Source: Sedimentisphaerales bacterium (GTDB lineage Bacteria; Planctomycetota; Phycisphaerae; Sedimentisphaerales; SM23-30). From it: DNA of 64,000 nt. Positions 42,188 through 53,010 of this stretch are shown in pieces. The position numbers and the translations under genes were made by a program. The DNA lies in the NCBI GenBank assembly GCA_963666285.1, contig OY762711.1. One strand, 5' to 3'. The notes under the pieces are model-generated. The model was not told where the DNA came from. It ran no database searches and saw only the letters and a list, made by a program, of their open reading frames with translations. Each line of letters opens with the position of its first letter. Positions within the stretch are counted from its first letter, which is position 1.

Positions 42188-43783
42188 TTAGCGAGCGTAT
42201 TCGATACATCGTACTTCGCGGAGCAGGGTAATACGAACTTCGCCGGGATAGGTAAGCTCGTTTTCGACCTGGGTAGCGATATCTCGAGCGATCTTCCATG
42301 CGGTACCATCGTCCACTTTTTCAGGATCGACGATAACACGAATTTCGCGTCCGGCCTGTATAGCATAAGAACCGTTAACACCTTCAAATTTATTGGCAAT
42401 CTCTTCGAGACTTTCCAGACGTTTAATGTATCTTTCAAGAGTTTCACGTCGCGCACCCGGCCTGGAGGCGCTCATCGCGTCAGCGGCGGCTACCAGCGGG
42501 GTATAAGGCGAGGTAGCAGGTACATCGCCATGATGACCGGCAACAGCATTAAGAACTTCTTCGGTTTCACGGAACTTCTTGAGCAGATCAGCACCAATCT
42601 CCGGATGACCACCTTCGATTTCATGATCAACAGCTTTACCAATATCATGCAGGAACCCGCACCGACGAGCCAGGTTGCCATCGAGCCCGATTTCCTCGGC
42701 CATAGCCTGGGCAAGGAAGGCGACTTCGATACTATGCTTGAGAACGTTCTGTCCGTAACTGGTACGGAAATGAAGCCTGCCGAGGTAAGGCAGGAGTTTG
42801 TTGGGCAGCCCATTCATATTAACTTCCAAAGCGGCAGACTTGCCAAGCTCCATAAGTTTATTATCCATTTCCTTGGTAGTCTCGTTGACGATTTCTTCGA
42901 TTCGTGCCGGATGAATACGTCCGTCAACAATGAGTTTTTCGAGGCTGAGCCTGGCAACTTCTCGTCGAACGGGGTCAAAAGCAGAAACCACAACGACACC
43001 CGGAGTATCGTCGATGATAACATCAACGCCTGTAGCCTTTTCGAAAGCACGGATATTACGACCTTCACGACCGATTACACGGCCCTTCATATCGTCACTT
43101 GGAATATCCACAGTAGAAACGGTATAGTCGCAGGTATGAGAAGCAGCATAACGCTGAATAGCGTTCAGTGTAATCTCACGGCTGCGGCTTTCAGCCTCTT
43201 CTTTGGCACGCCCAACGATAGTTTCTATCATTGAAGACGCTTCGTGAGTAACATCACTTTCGATGCGTTCGAGTAGCATTTCCTTGGCCTGATCGATAGA
43301 AATACCGGAAATCTTGAGTAATTCAGACCTCTGCTGCTGCAGAATCGTATTCAACTGGTCGTCTTTATTCTGAATTTCTTTTTCACGATTGCCCAGTTTA
43401 CTTTCCCGCTTTTCGAGATTCTTTTCCTTGGAATTGAGACTTTCCCATTTTCTGTCGACAGAATCCTCTTTTTTACTGAGGTGCTTTTCCATGTCGCGCA
43501 GTTCATTCCGAACTTTAGCAGTCTCTTTTTCGAACTCTTCTCTCATCTTAATCTGCTCGGCCTTGGCCTCAAGTTGAGCAGTTTTCACGGTGTTTTCCGC
43601 CTTAAGTTCGGAATCTTTGATAATTCCCTGAGATTTCAGCTCAGCTTCTTTTATCTGATTCTTGCCAATAGCCCCCATTACCAACCAGGCAACAACAGCA
43701 CCGACAACAGCCGCGATAATTCCCACTAAAACGTAGTTGCCGGCAGACGAAGCGCCCTGTGCCAGTATTAACAAGTTTAACAT
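42188..43783 (-). CDS. rny: Ribonuclease Y
   Basis: TM, coiled coil, KH domain ([13 protein letters not shown]), HD domain (HDIGKA), QAGREIRV. Confidence 0.97.
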   Translation of the reverse strand: MLNLLILAQGASSAGNYVLVGIIAAVVGAVVAWLVMGAIGKNQIKEAELKSQGIIKDSELKAENTVKTAQLEAKAEQIKMREEFEKETAKVRNELRDMEKHLSKKEDSVDRKWESLNSKEKNLEKRESKLGNREKEIQNKDDQLNTILQQQRSELLKISGISIDQAKEMLLERIESDVTHEASSMIETIVGRAKEEAESRSREITLNAIQRYAASHTCDYTVSTVDIPSDDMKGRVIGREGRNIRAFEKATGVDVIIDDTPGVVVVSAFDPVRREVARLSLEKLIVDGRIHPARIEEIVNETTKEMDNKLMELGKSAALEVNMNGLPNKLLPYLGRLHFRTSYGQNVLKHSIEVAFLAQAMAEEIGLDGNLARRCGFLHDIGKAVDHEIEGGHPEIGADLLKKFRETEEVLNAVAGHHGDVPATSPYTPLVAAADAMSASRPGARRETLERYIKRLESLEEIANKFEGVNGSYAIQAGREIRVIVDPEKVDDGTAWKIARDIATQVENELTYPGEVRITLLREVRCIEYAR

Positions 43784-44053
43784 TATATATCTCCTGTATA
43801 TGGTTGTACCATTCGTGCAAGAGAGTCAGGAGGGATAAAGAATGCAAATAGACTGGTGGTATATATCAAGTTCAAGTGCTTAATCAATATAAAGAAGAAA
43901 AAGCGTTAAACAATTCTTTAAATACAATAATTCTGCGCAAATACAGAGCTAAACTACCGAAAACATAAATAAACGGCTAACATTAGGTTAGCATAACCCA
44001 TTTTATGATATAGATTTAGCTTTTTTTCATTATTCATTTATCGAATTGTTCTG

Positions 44054-44235
44054 CCAGTATGGCAACTTATAAATTTAGCCTGAAACCTGTTTATATATGG
44101 TCAGGGTTAAACGGAACCTGATTGATAATTACACCTAAATTATATCGCCGTAAAATCGGCACTTCTTATTCAATATCCAGCATTCGCTTTGGTTATTATC
44201 AAGTTCTCCTGATATGTCCTGCACGGACACACTAG
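44054..44235 (-). ncRNA. ssrS: 6S RNA candidate
   Basis: About 180-nt rod: ends CTAGTGTG/CATACTGG pair and GAACTTGATAAT/ATTATCAA..GTTC pair. Upstream of rny on the same strand; TTGACG-16-TAGAAT promoter at 44300-44273. Confidence 0.55.
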
Positions 44236-44723
44236 TAAAAATAAAAAAAATTAACTAATTACTCATTATAATATTCTAATAAAAGCTTGAATTACGTCAA
44301 GCGGAATATAAATTCTGTTTAGTGATTATAGCAAAAAACCAGGCTAACGTGTTATTACCCATTCGTTATTATTGATATAATTATAACAGATATCGGATAT
44401 CCTGCTATAAAACCTGAAAAGTAAAGAATTAAAATACTGGTACTACCAAAACCAATTATGACGCACAATGTGGCCAATCGCCAAACTTTTGGTAGTACCA
44501 GCTGTTGATTATGTATCAATCGGTCATGAAAAGAATGGAAAGACTCGTGTATATATCGTGTAAGAGGACCAGTATAATACACTATTTGAGACCGGCAACA
44601 TTTTGCGGTTCGCAATTTACAGGTTTTACATATTATGTGTAATTTAAAGAGATATTGCCGTAAATCCCGAAATACGGTAATATGAGAAGTATGTGAGCCC
44701 AATATTACTTAAGGAGTATTATC

Positions 44724-45320
44724 ATGCATAAATGCTTAATTCTTGCCATTTCGCTGCTAATTATAGCCGGATGTGAAAATAAACCACTAATTGAATGCCA
44801 GACGAAAAACGATCAGCTTGAAAATGATATCGTAAAACTGGAAGAAAAACTAGAGATCTCCCTTAAGGTAATTGACGAAGTCGATGCCAAACATAAGGCA
44901 AAAATCGACCAGTTAAATAACCAGCTGGCAAGTGGTAACGCAAAACAAGCCGAGCTAAATGACGCACTGGCAACAATAAAAGCAGAACTAAATAATACCA
45001 AAATGCTGCTGAATAAAATGGATGAAAAATACAAATCCCTAGTTGCCGCTAACGAAAAATCCAAATCCGACCTGGCTGCCGCTAATAATAGCATTGCAGA
45101 CCTTACCGGAAAGTTAAAACAGGCTGAAGAACAGCAAAATAAGAGCAAGCTGGAGCTGGACCAGGCAATCCAAAAGCTCAATGAAGCGGAAAATAAACTA
45201 AAAGCGGCCCAGAGCAAGGTTGAAGAGCTAACAAAACAAGTAGAAGTCTTGCAAAAAGAAAAGGCTGAACTGCTGGAAAAACTGAGTGAGCAACAAAAAA
45301 CAGAAACCGAGCAACAATAA
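44724..45320 (+). CDS. Coiled-coil lipoprotein
   Basis: Lipobox IAGC, heptad-rich K/E/L sequence. Confidence 0.8.
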   Translation: MHKCLILAISLLIIAGCENKPLIECQTKNDQLENDIVKLEEKLEISLKVIDEVDAKHKAKIDQLNNQLASGNAKQAELNDALATIKAELNNTKMLLNKMDEKYKSLVAANEKSKSDLAAANNSIADLTGKLKQAEEQQNKSKLELDQAIQKLNEAENKLKAAQSKVEELTKQVEVLQKEKAELLEKLSEQQKTETEQQ

Positions 45321-45347
45321 TAATAGTACAAGTGATTTATACTCCAA

Positions 45348-45379
45348 AGACCTGGCGAAAAAAGCCAGGTTTTTTTTTG
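45348..45379 (+). terminator. Intrinsic terminator
   Basis: ACCTGGC-GAAAAAA-GCCAGGT followed by a T-run. Confidence 0.8.
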
Positions 45380-45506
45380 TCTAATATCCAAGAATGCATG
45401 GTCGCAATAAAGTGGATTTTCAACGTAAGGCACTATAAGGTAGAGACTTACTGGCAACACAACTTACACTACTGTAAACAATCGGATAGTGAAATATGAA
45501 TAAATA

Positions 45507-45535
45507 TTGAAAAAAAGTATTTAAAGTAATATAAT
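45507..45535 (+). promoter_or_regulatory. Sigma70 promoter for the giant surface protein
   Basis: TTGAAA-17 bp-TATAAT. Confidence 0.55.
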
Positions 45536-45732
45536 AGTCCTAGAATGAATTGGGGGTATATAAACAGGAGAAAATGGAGATGCATGGAGGCAATAACTAA
45601 AAAATCTTTGTTAGTATTGCCCGGATATGAGGGAGAAAAACACATATCAATTTGTCATTAAATTCTAAAAACATATTAATTCTATAATAAAAATTATTTT
45701 GAAAAAGTAAATTCTCTGCAGAGGAAAAAATT

Positions 45733-48700
45733 ATGAGGAATTCTGGATTATTTGTCGCGTTATTTATTTCACTATTCAGCAGTTTATTATTCGGCGTTGG
45801 AGGAGTTCTGCCCGGTGACGGTTCAGCGGCTACGCCATATGTGATAGAAGATTTACCTGATTTCCAGGTGTATATCGACACCGCCAACTCCGGAACATAC
45901 TGGGCGGCGGGAGTGTATACCAGGCTGGACGCTGACCTGGACCTTAGCGGCGAAGGAGTTTACAGTGCCGGTTTGATCGGACCTTCTTCCGAAAACCAAT
46001 ACCTGGGATACTTTGATGGAAACGGACATACTGTCAGTAACCTGACAATAGTCGGTTCAAGGTATCTCGGATTTTTTGGATATATTGGCGATGGTGCAGA
46101 AGTCAGCAGCCTGGGGCTTGACGCTGTAAGCATAACCGGTTCCGGAAGCACAACAGGGATACTATGCGGAACAAATTATGGTCTGATCTCCGAATGCCAT
46201 TCATCAAATTCCAGTCTAAGCGGTTATGACACACTTGGCGGCTTATGCGGTTATAATTATACAGGCGATATTGTCAAGTCATATGCCCTCAATGTTGATG
46301 TTAGCGGGCATGATTACATTGGCGGGCTCTGCGGATACAGCAGAAATTACAGCAATATCGAAAATTGTTATGCGGTTGGCGCAATAACCGGCAATACATA
46401 TACTGGCGGTTTATGCGGATACAGCAATGATCATAATAATATTATTAATAGTTACAGTGCGTCAATTGTTAACGGTAATGACACTGTTGGCGGTTTGGCA
46501 GGAAACTCATATTATTATGTAACTGTCACTAACTGTTTCTACTACAACTACGGCGGAAGAAACAATGGATACGGTACAGCCTTAAACATCGATCAATTAC
46601 AGGATGCCACATACTTTGACGGATTTGATTTTGTCGGAAACACCGATGACGGTACAAATGATATCTGGGATATAACCACGGGGTATTTTCCAAAACTTTA
46701 CTATCAGACAGATGATGGAGCTGATGCCGGACTGATAATTGCGGCTACAACACTTGCCGGCAGCGGTACAGAAGCGGATCCATTCCTTATTTCTGATTAT
46801 GACGATCTAATGGAATTCAGTGGTAACGCCGGTCTGCGAAACGGATGCTATAAGCTGACAGCTGATATTGATATGCAAGAACTGACATTAACAGAATCAC
46901 TGATCAACCAGGCATTTCTAGGGGTATTTGATGGTGACGGTCATGTTATTAGTAATTTCTCAATTGCGGGCGGAGGCGGCCTTGGATTATTTAAGAGAAA
47001 TGATGGTACTATTACTGATCTTGGAATAGACTCAGCTGAGATTATCAGCTCCGGCAGTACGGCAGGCGCAATATGCGGCACAAATTATTATGGTGTGGTC
47101 TCCGGCTGCTTTGCGACAAACACCAGCATCAGCGGTTACGATAATGTCGGCGGACTTTGCGGTTACAACTACAACAGTGATATTATTAAGTCATATGCTT
47201 TCAATGTTGCTGTCAGCGGGCATGATTATATTGGCGGACTCTGCGGATACAGCAGAGCTAATAGCAATATCGAAAACTGTTATGCGATTGGCACTGTAAC
47301 CGGAAATACCTATGCAGGCGGTTTATGCGGATATAACCATGATCATAGTAATATCAATAACAGTTACAGTGCGTCAATTGTTAACGGTAATGATACTGTC
47401 GGCGGCCTGGCAGGGAACTCATATTATTACGCAACTATCAATAACTGTTTCTACTACAACCTCGGCGGAAGAAATAATGGATACGGCACAGCCCTGAATA
47501 TTGACCAATTACAGGACGCTACATACTTTGCCGGATTTGATTTTGCCGGAAATACCGATGACGGTACAAATGATATCTGGGATATAACCGCGGGTCATTT
47601 TCCAAAACTTTTCTATCAAACAGATGACGGTGCTTATATCAATAACCTGATCACCACAACTACACTTGTCGGCAGTGGTACAGAAGCTGACCCATTCCTT
47701 ATTTCTGATTATGATGATCTGATGGAATTCAGTGGAAACGCCGGTCTGCGAAACGGATGCTATAAGCTGACAGCCGATATTGATATGCAAGGACTGATAT
47801 TAACTGAATCGCTAATCAGCCAGGCATTTCTCGGGGTATTTGATGGTGACGGTCATGTCATTAGTAATTTCTCTATTTCCGGCGGAGGCGGTCTGGGATT
47901 ATTTGCCAGAAATGACGGTACTATTACTGATCTTGGAATAGACTCAGCTGAGATTACCAGTTCTGGAAGTACCGTTGGAGTATTGTGTGGTACAAATTAT
48001 TACGGTGTGGTCTCCGGCTGCTATGTGACAAACTCCGCCATCAGCGGTTATGACAATATTGGCGGACTCTGCGGACATAATTACAACAGTGATATTGTTA
48101 AGTCATATGCTTTCAATGTTGATGTTAGCGGGCATGATTCTATTGGCGGGCTCTGCGGATACAGCAGGAATAACAGCAATATTGAAAACTGTTACGCAGT
48201 TGGTGCTGTAACCGGAAATACTTATGCAGGCGGATTGTGTGGATATAACCACAGCTATAGTGACATAGTAAATAGTTACAGTGCTTCAATTGTTAATGGT
48301 AATGATACAGTAGGTGGCTTGACTGGAAACTCTTATTATAACGTAACCGTCACTAACTGTTTCTACTATAACTACGGCGGAAGAAACAATGGATATGGTA
48401 CAGCCTTGAACATCGATCAATTACAAGATGCCACATACTTTGCCGGATTTGATTTTGTCGGAAATACTGATGACGGTACAAATGACATCTGGGATATAAC
48501 CGCGGGACATTTTCCGAAGCTTAGCTACCAGGCAGATGATGGCGCCAATGCCGGGCTGATAATTGCATCTACAACACTTACCGGCAACGGTACAGAAGCT
48601 GATCCATTTCTTATTTCTGATTATGACGACCTGATGGAATTTCGTGCTAATGCCGGTCTGCGAAACGGATGTTATAAACTGACAGCTGACATTGATATGC

Positions 48701-51693
48701 TGGGGCTGGAAATCAATGACGCATTTGTCAGCCAGGCATTTCTCGGTGTATTTGACGGTGATGGTCATATTATCAGAAATTTCTCTATTGTTGGCGGAAG
48801 CGGCCTGGGATTGTTTGCCAGAAATGACGGCACTATTACCGATCTTGGAATAGACTCTGTTAACATTACCAGTTCAGGAAGTACAGTTGGAGTATTGTGC
48901 GGTACAAATTATTACGGTATAGTATCTGAATGCTTTGTGACAAACTCCAATATCAGCGGCTACGATAATATCGGCGGAATGTGCGGCCATAATTACAACA
49001 GTGATATTATAAAATCTTTCACATATAATGTTAGCATTAATGGCAGAAATAATACCGGCGGATTATGCGGCTACAATCACAACAATAGTATTCTGGAAAA
49101 TTGCTATTCGATTGGATATGTTACAGGCAACGATAAAGTCGGCGGATTATGCGGCTACAATCACAGCGGCTGTAATATCACAAATTGTTATAGTGCATCA
49201 TCCGTATCCGGAAGCTCAAACTATAGCGGCCTGGTCGGATATTCATATTATAATGTTTCAATTACAAACAGTTACTGGAATGTTAACACCGATGGAATAG
49301 ACGGAAACGCATCCGGTGATAACTATTACGGCTCGACCGGAAAGACAACTGCCGAGATGCAGACTGTTGACACATTTGCAGGCTGGGACTTTACCGATGA
49401 TGGCGAGCCGGCGATATGGTTTATGTTTACCGGTGAATATCCGCGACTGAGGTGGGAAGTATCACTGGTGCCGGATGTGACAAACATACCGCAAACCGAA
49501 GCAGAAGCTGCTATTGCCGATGTAAGGCTGACAGTTGGTGATATAACACATGAATACAGTTTCACTATCGTTGAAGATAATATCATAAGCCAGGGTATTG
49601 AGGCGGGTGAATATGTACTTAGATATACACCGGTTGACCTGACAATATCAGACGGACCGGAAATGGCAATAGTACCTGATGTAGTAAACACACCGCAGGC
49701 AGATGCAGTGACTGCAATTACAGGTGTCAAGCTGGTAGTGGGCGAGATAACTCACGCCTATGACTTTGTTATCCCGGCAGGTAATGTAATCAGCCAGAGC
49801 ATAGCAGCGGGCGAAAGTATAATAATTAACACAGAAATAGACCTGGTAATATCAGACGGTCCTGAGATGACTACAGTGCCGGATGTTGTTTATATGACAG
49901 AAGAAAATGCTGTACTGGAGCTGATGACGGCGAAACTGGCCGTTGGAACAATCACGCACCAGTATGACTTGACGGTACCTTCCGGACAGGTAATAAGTCA
50001 GTCACTTACAGCCGGTGAACCGGCGATAATAACAACAGAAGTTGATATCGTAGTTTCAGATGGTCCTGAGATGGTGGGTGTACCGTCCTTGTATGACCTG
50101 AACCTGACCGAAGCAATCGGCATTATAGAAGGCGCTGACCTGACTGTCGGTAATATTACCAGCGGTTATAGTTTTACGGTAGCACAGGGCAATGTAATCG
50201 GCCAGGGCATCGCAGGCGGCGGAACAACAGTAATTGGGTCGGCAATTGACCTTGTCGTATCTGACGGACCGCAGATTGTAACTGTACCGGATGTTGTCGG
50301 GCTGGACCAGGCAACTGCTGAAGCTGCAATTACGGCAGCGGGTCTGACAGTTGGCACCCCTACCATGCACTATAGCGGGACAATATCGACAGGAACAGTA
50401 ATGTACCAGAGCGTCTCGGCAGATGACCAGGTATTGATCGGTTCGCTATTGTCACTGGTAATTTCCAAGGGACCAAAGATGACAACTGTTCCAGATGTTG
50501 CGAACCTGCCGCAGGCTCATGCCGAGGCGATGATAGAGGCAGCCGACCTGTCAGTAGGAACAATAACAACAGAAAGCAGCATGACTATTCCGACAGGCAA
50601 TGTAATCAGCCAGGGAATAGCAGCCGGCAGTGCAGCAGCAGCAGATACCGCAGTTGACCTGGTGGTATCAAGCGGGCCGGAAATGAAAACAGTACCTGAC
50701 CTGGTAAATATGACAGAAGCATCCGCAGAAGCAACTTTAGCAGATGCCGACCTGACAACCGGTACAAAGACATATGAAAACAGCTCGACAGTTCCGGCGG
50801 GAAGTGTGATCAGCCAAAGCATTGCCGCAGGCGAATCGATAGAAATTTACTCCGCGGTTGACCTGGTAATATCAGAAGGCCCGGTAATGGTAAAAGTACC
50901 GAATCTGCGAAATAAAACCCAGGCTGAAGCCGAGGCTGTACTAATTGATGCAGGACTGGTGACTGGCAGTATAACATATGAAATGAGTTATACAGTTGAA
51001 CAAGATAATATCATAAGCCAGACCGCAGCGGCAGGAGAATCTGTTGCAACAGGTTCGGCGATTGACATAGTAATATCCAGCGGTTTAAGCGAGGTCAACA
51101 TGGAGACATTTGCCAAGCTGTCAACATTCTGGATGATGAGCGATTGCAGCGACATTCCGGGCTGCTTGGAAATTGATTTCAACTATGATAATAATATTAA
51201 TAATCGAGATCTGGAACTACTGGCAGAAAACTGGCTATCGACAAGCGGTGCAGCCGTTGCCCCGGTAATTGCGGAATACTTTGAAGGGCTGAACCATTTA
51301 ATTGATCTTGAAGCAGCTGATGAAAACAACTGGAGCATTGTTACTGATGAAGTGTTCCAGGGCAAGTATAGTGCCCAGGCAGCAGCAATTAGTGATAGCC
51401 AGCAAAGTACGATGGAATTTACTGTCGATACAACAGGTTACAACACGATAATTTTTGCCTGCAAAGTATCAAGCGAACAGAATTATGACTACCTGAAATT
51501 CTATATCGATGGTAAGAGACAAGGAAGTTTTTCAGGTGAAATTCCATGGGCAGTAAGCAGTTTTACAGTGACACCTGGCGAACATACCTTCAAGTGGGTT
51601 TACGAGAAAGATGAAACTATCAGCGAAGGAAGTGATACTGCCTGGGTTGACAATATCATAATCTATTATGACGAGAACTCAGTTCCGGAATAA
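45733..51693 (+). CDS. Giant secreted protein: four GLUG-repeat units, eight PASTA domains, dockerin-like and C-terminal beta-sandwich domain
   Basis: GGLCGYN repeats; G.GT..DPFLI units at 912-bp period; VPDV..V.SQS..G..V.L.VS.GP x8 at 204-bp period; DFNYDNNINNRDL..WL. Confidence 0.88.
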   Translation: MRNSGLFVALFISLFSSLLFGVGGVLPGDGSAATPYVIEDLPDFQVYIDTANSGTYWAAGVYTRLDADLDLSGEGVYSAGLIGPSSENQYLGYFDGNGHTVSNLTIVGSRYLGFFGYIGDGAEVSSLGLDAVSITGSGSTTGILCGTNYGLISECHSSNSSLSGYDTLGGLCGYNYTGDIVKSYALNVDVSGHDYIGGLCGYSRNYSNIENCYAVGAITGNTYTGGLCGYSNDHNNIINSYSASIVNGNDTVGGLAGNSYYYVTVTNCFYYNYGGRNNGYGTALNIDQLQDATYFDGFDFVGNTDDGTNDIWDITTGYFPKLYYQTDDGADAGLIIAATTLAGSGTEADPFLISDYDDLMEFSGNAGLRNGCYKLTADIDMQELTLTESLINQAFLGVFDGDGHVISNFSIAGGGGLGLFKRNDGTITDLGIDSAEIISSGSTAGAICGTNYYGVVSGCFATNTSISGYDNVGGLCGYNYNSDIIKSYAFNVAVSGHDYIGGLCGYSRANSNIENCYAIGTVTGNTYAGGLCGYNHDHSNINNSYSASIVNGNDTVGGLAGNSYYYATINNCFYYNLGGRNNGYGTALNIDQLQDATYFAGFDFAGNTDDGTNDIWDITAGHFPKLFYQTDDGAYINNLITTTTLVGSGTEADPFLISDYDDLMEFSGNAGLRNGCYKLTADIDMQGLILTESLISQAFLGVFDGDGHVISNFSISGGGGLGLFARNDGTITDLGIDSAEITSSGSTVGVLCGTNYYGVVSGCYVTNSAISGYDNIGGLCGHNYNSDIVKSYAFNVDVSGHDSIGGLCGYSRNNSNIENCYAVGAVTGNTYAGGLCGYNHSYSDIVNSYSASIVNGNDTVGGLTGNSYYNVTVTNCFYYNYGGRNNGYGTALNIDQLQDATYFAGFDFVGNTDDGTNDIWDITAGHFPKLSYQADDGANAGLIIASTTLTGNGTEADPFLISDYDDLMEFRANAGLRNGCYKLTADIDMLGLEINDAFVSQAFLGVFDGDGHIIRNFSIVGGSGLGLFARNDGTITDLGIDSVNITSSGSTVGVLCGTNYYGIVSECFVTNSNISGYDNIGGMCGHNYNSDIIKSFTYNVSINGRNNTGGLCGYNHNNSILENCYSIGYVTGNDKVGGLCGYNHSGCNITNCYSASSVSGSSNYSGLVGYSYYNVSITNSYWNVNTDGIDGNASGDNYYGSTGKTTAEMQTVDTFAGWDFTDDGEPAIWFMFTGEYPRLRWEVSLVPDVTNIPQTEAEAAIADVRLTVGDITHEYSFTIVEDNIISQGIEAGEYVLRYTPVDLTISDGPEMAIVPDVVNTPQADAVTAITGVKLVVGEITHAYDFVIPAGNVISQSIAAGESIIINTEIDLVISDGPEMTTVPDVVYMTEENAVLELMTAKLAVGTITHQYDLTVPSGQVISQSLTAGEPAIITTEVDIVVSDGPEMVGVPSLYDLNLTEAIGIIEGADLTVGNITSGYSFTVAQGNVIGQGIAGGGTTVIGSAIDLVVSDGPQIVTVPDVVGLDQATAEAAITAAGLTVGTPTMHYSGTISTGTVMYQSVSADDQVLIGSLLSLVISKGPKMTTVPDVANLPQAHAEAMIEAADLSVGTITTESSMTIPTGNVISQGIAAGSAAAADTAVDLVVSSGPEMKTVPDLVNMTEASAEATLADADLTTGTKTYENSSTVPAGSVISQSIAAGESIEIYSAVDLVISEGPVMVKVPNLRNKTQAEAEAVLIDAGLVTGSITYEMSYTVEQDNIISQTAAAGESVATGSAIDIVISSGLSEVNMETFAKLSTFWMMSDCSDIPGCLEIDFNYDNNINNRDLELLAENWLSTSGAAVAPVIAEYFEGLNHLIDLEAADENNWSIVTDEVFQGKYSAQAAAISDSQQSTMEFTVDTTGYNTIIFACKVSSEQNYDYLKFYIDGKRQGSFSGEIPWAVSSFTVTPGEHTFKWVYEKDETISEGSDTAWVDNIIIYYDENSVPE
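46750..49250 (+). repeat. Intragenic tandem 912-bp repeats
   Basis: GGTACAGAAGC anchors at 46765, 47677 and 48589 with near-identical DNA. Confidence 0.85.
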
Positions 51694-51801
51694 TTAGAAA
51701 ATTTTTCGGGCTTGAAAAGAACAGCAAAACCTAATATCATTGACATGTATATTAACAGAAGAGTGCTAAAATGAAAATAAAGGTAGATAGGAATCAATGT
51801 T

Positions 51802-52608
51802 GTGATTGACAGGCCACGTGGACAAGATTTGCCTATTCCCCAGGAAGATGTAGAAAAAATTGTAACTCTACTGGGCGATATTGCAGGGATGACTTGCGAT
51901 CTACAGTCGCGAAAATATGCCTTAATGGAAAAAATGAGCGAGATGCTGGAAGCTGACGGCTGGCTGTGGTCTTCAACCCAGGTAATCGAAGAACAGGATC
52001 GCCCGTACTCAGTCGGCGTCATCTATGGCGGATTATCTGAAAGTGAATTTGCCGGGTGGGTTGAAGCATCACAAATGGCAAGTCAGCAGCCGCCTGAAGA
52101 TGTCCCGCTTTCTCACTTATTCCAAAAAGGAGATCACTTTACCAGAACCCGCCAACAGGTAGTACCAGATGACGCCTGGTATAATCACCCGACAGTCCAG
52201 CAATACAGACTGGACCGGGGAATCGACCATTTTCTATATTCGATATATCCGCTAGGCCAGACACATTGCAGTGCAATAGGTTTTTTCAGGCGAGTAGGCA
52301 ATCCATCCTTTACAGATCTTCAGAGACGAATATGTCATATTGTCTTTTCCAATGTCAAATGGATGCATGAAATGTCATTTCCAGATCATAAAGGCGATAA
52401 CTGTAAACGGCTGACACCGCGGCTAAGAACGGTACTGCTCTATCTGCTGAACGGTAAACAGAAAAATGACATTGCCAGCCAGCTTCATATCAGTCCACAA
52501 ACGGCAAAGACACATATTCGCAACATTTACAAGCATTTCTCGGTAAATTCACAAATCGAGCTTATCAATCGCTTTAAGGTTGGCAATGGCGGCGACATAA
52601 CCGTTTAA
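51802..52608 (+). CDS. LuxR-family HTH regulator with GAF-like N-terminal sensor
   Basis: C-terminal LTPR..VL..L.NG....IA.QL.IS..T.KTHIRNIY.HF.V.S. Confidence 0.88.
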   Translation: MIDRPRGQDLPIPQEDVEKIVTLLGDIAGMTCDLQSRKYALMEKMSEMLEADGWLWSSTQVIEEQDRPYSVGVIYGGLSESEFAGWVEASQMASQQPPEDVPLSHLFQKGDHFTRTRQQVVPDDAWYNHPTVQQYRLDRGIDHFLYSIYPLGQTHCSAIGFFRRVGNPSFTDLQRRICHIVFSNVKWMHEMSFPDHKGDNCKRLTPRLRTVLLYLLNGKQKNDIASQLHISPQTAKTHIRNIYKHFSVNSQIELINRFKVGNGGDITV

Positions 52609-52730
52609 TATATATATTGTTACCTACTATTTCCCCATTTTTCTCAGCGTTAAAAGTACTTTTACAAGTTTAATAAAGTCGCTATATCGCCAGACATCAT
52701 AATAAAAAATAGTCAATTTTTCGGGAAATA

Positions 52731-52775
52731 TACCCCTACAGGGTGATTGAATTAAGATCTTTAAATACTTATAAT
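52731..52775 (+). promoter_or_regulatory. Sigma70 promoter with abutting inverted repeat
   Basis: ACCC-CTACA-GGGT just upstream of TTGAAT-17 bp-TATAAT (52747-52775). Confidence 0.6.
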
Positions 52776-52881
52776 TAATTTATCGCATGATAGTGGAAAT
52801 TTTAGGAAACTATATGCTATTATATTGCCGGTAAATTTGAAAATTGAAAGCTTCTAAGACTGGGATATGGAAGCTTATCAT

Positions 52882-52920
52882 TAAATCCCTCTTCTGACAC
52901 TCAGGAGGGATTTATTTTTT
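52882..52920 (+). terminator. Intrinsic terminator
   Basis: AAATCCCTC.TCTGA-CAC-TCAGGAGGGATTT followed by a T-run. Confidence 0.75.
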
Positions 52921-52942
52921 GGGATAAACTCCAATTAAAAAT

Positions 52943-52985
52943 TAAACCCCGATAAGAATAGTACTCACCGGGGTTTATATAAAAA
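52943..52985 (-). terminator. ilvN terminator
   Basis: AAACCCCG..CGGGGTTT stem. Confidence 0.6.
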
Positions 52986-53010
52986 TCCTTTTTCTTTTTT
53001 TCTTATCAGC

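Noticed and set aside
44355..44702. 115-aa minus-strand ORF
   Set aside because: No recognisable features; lies in a divergent promoter region
45733..51693. CRISPR-like or mobile repeats
   Set aside because: The repeats are in-frame protein domain duplications
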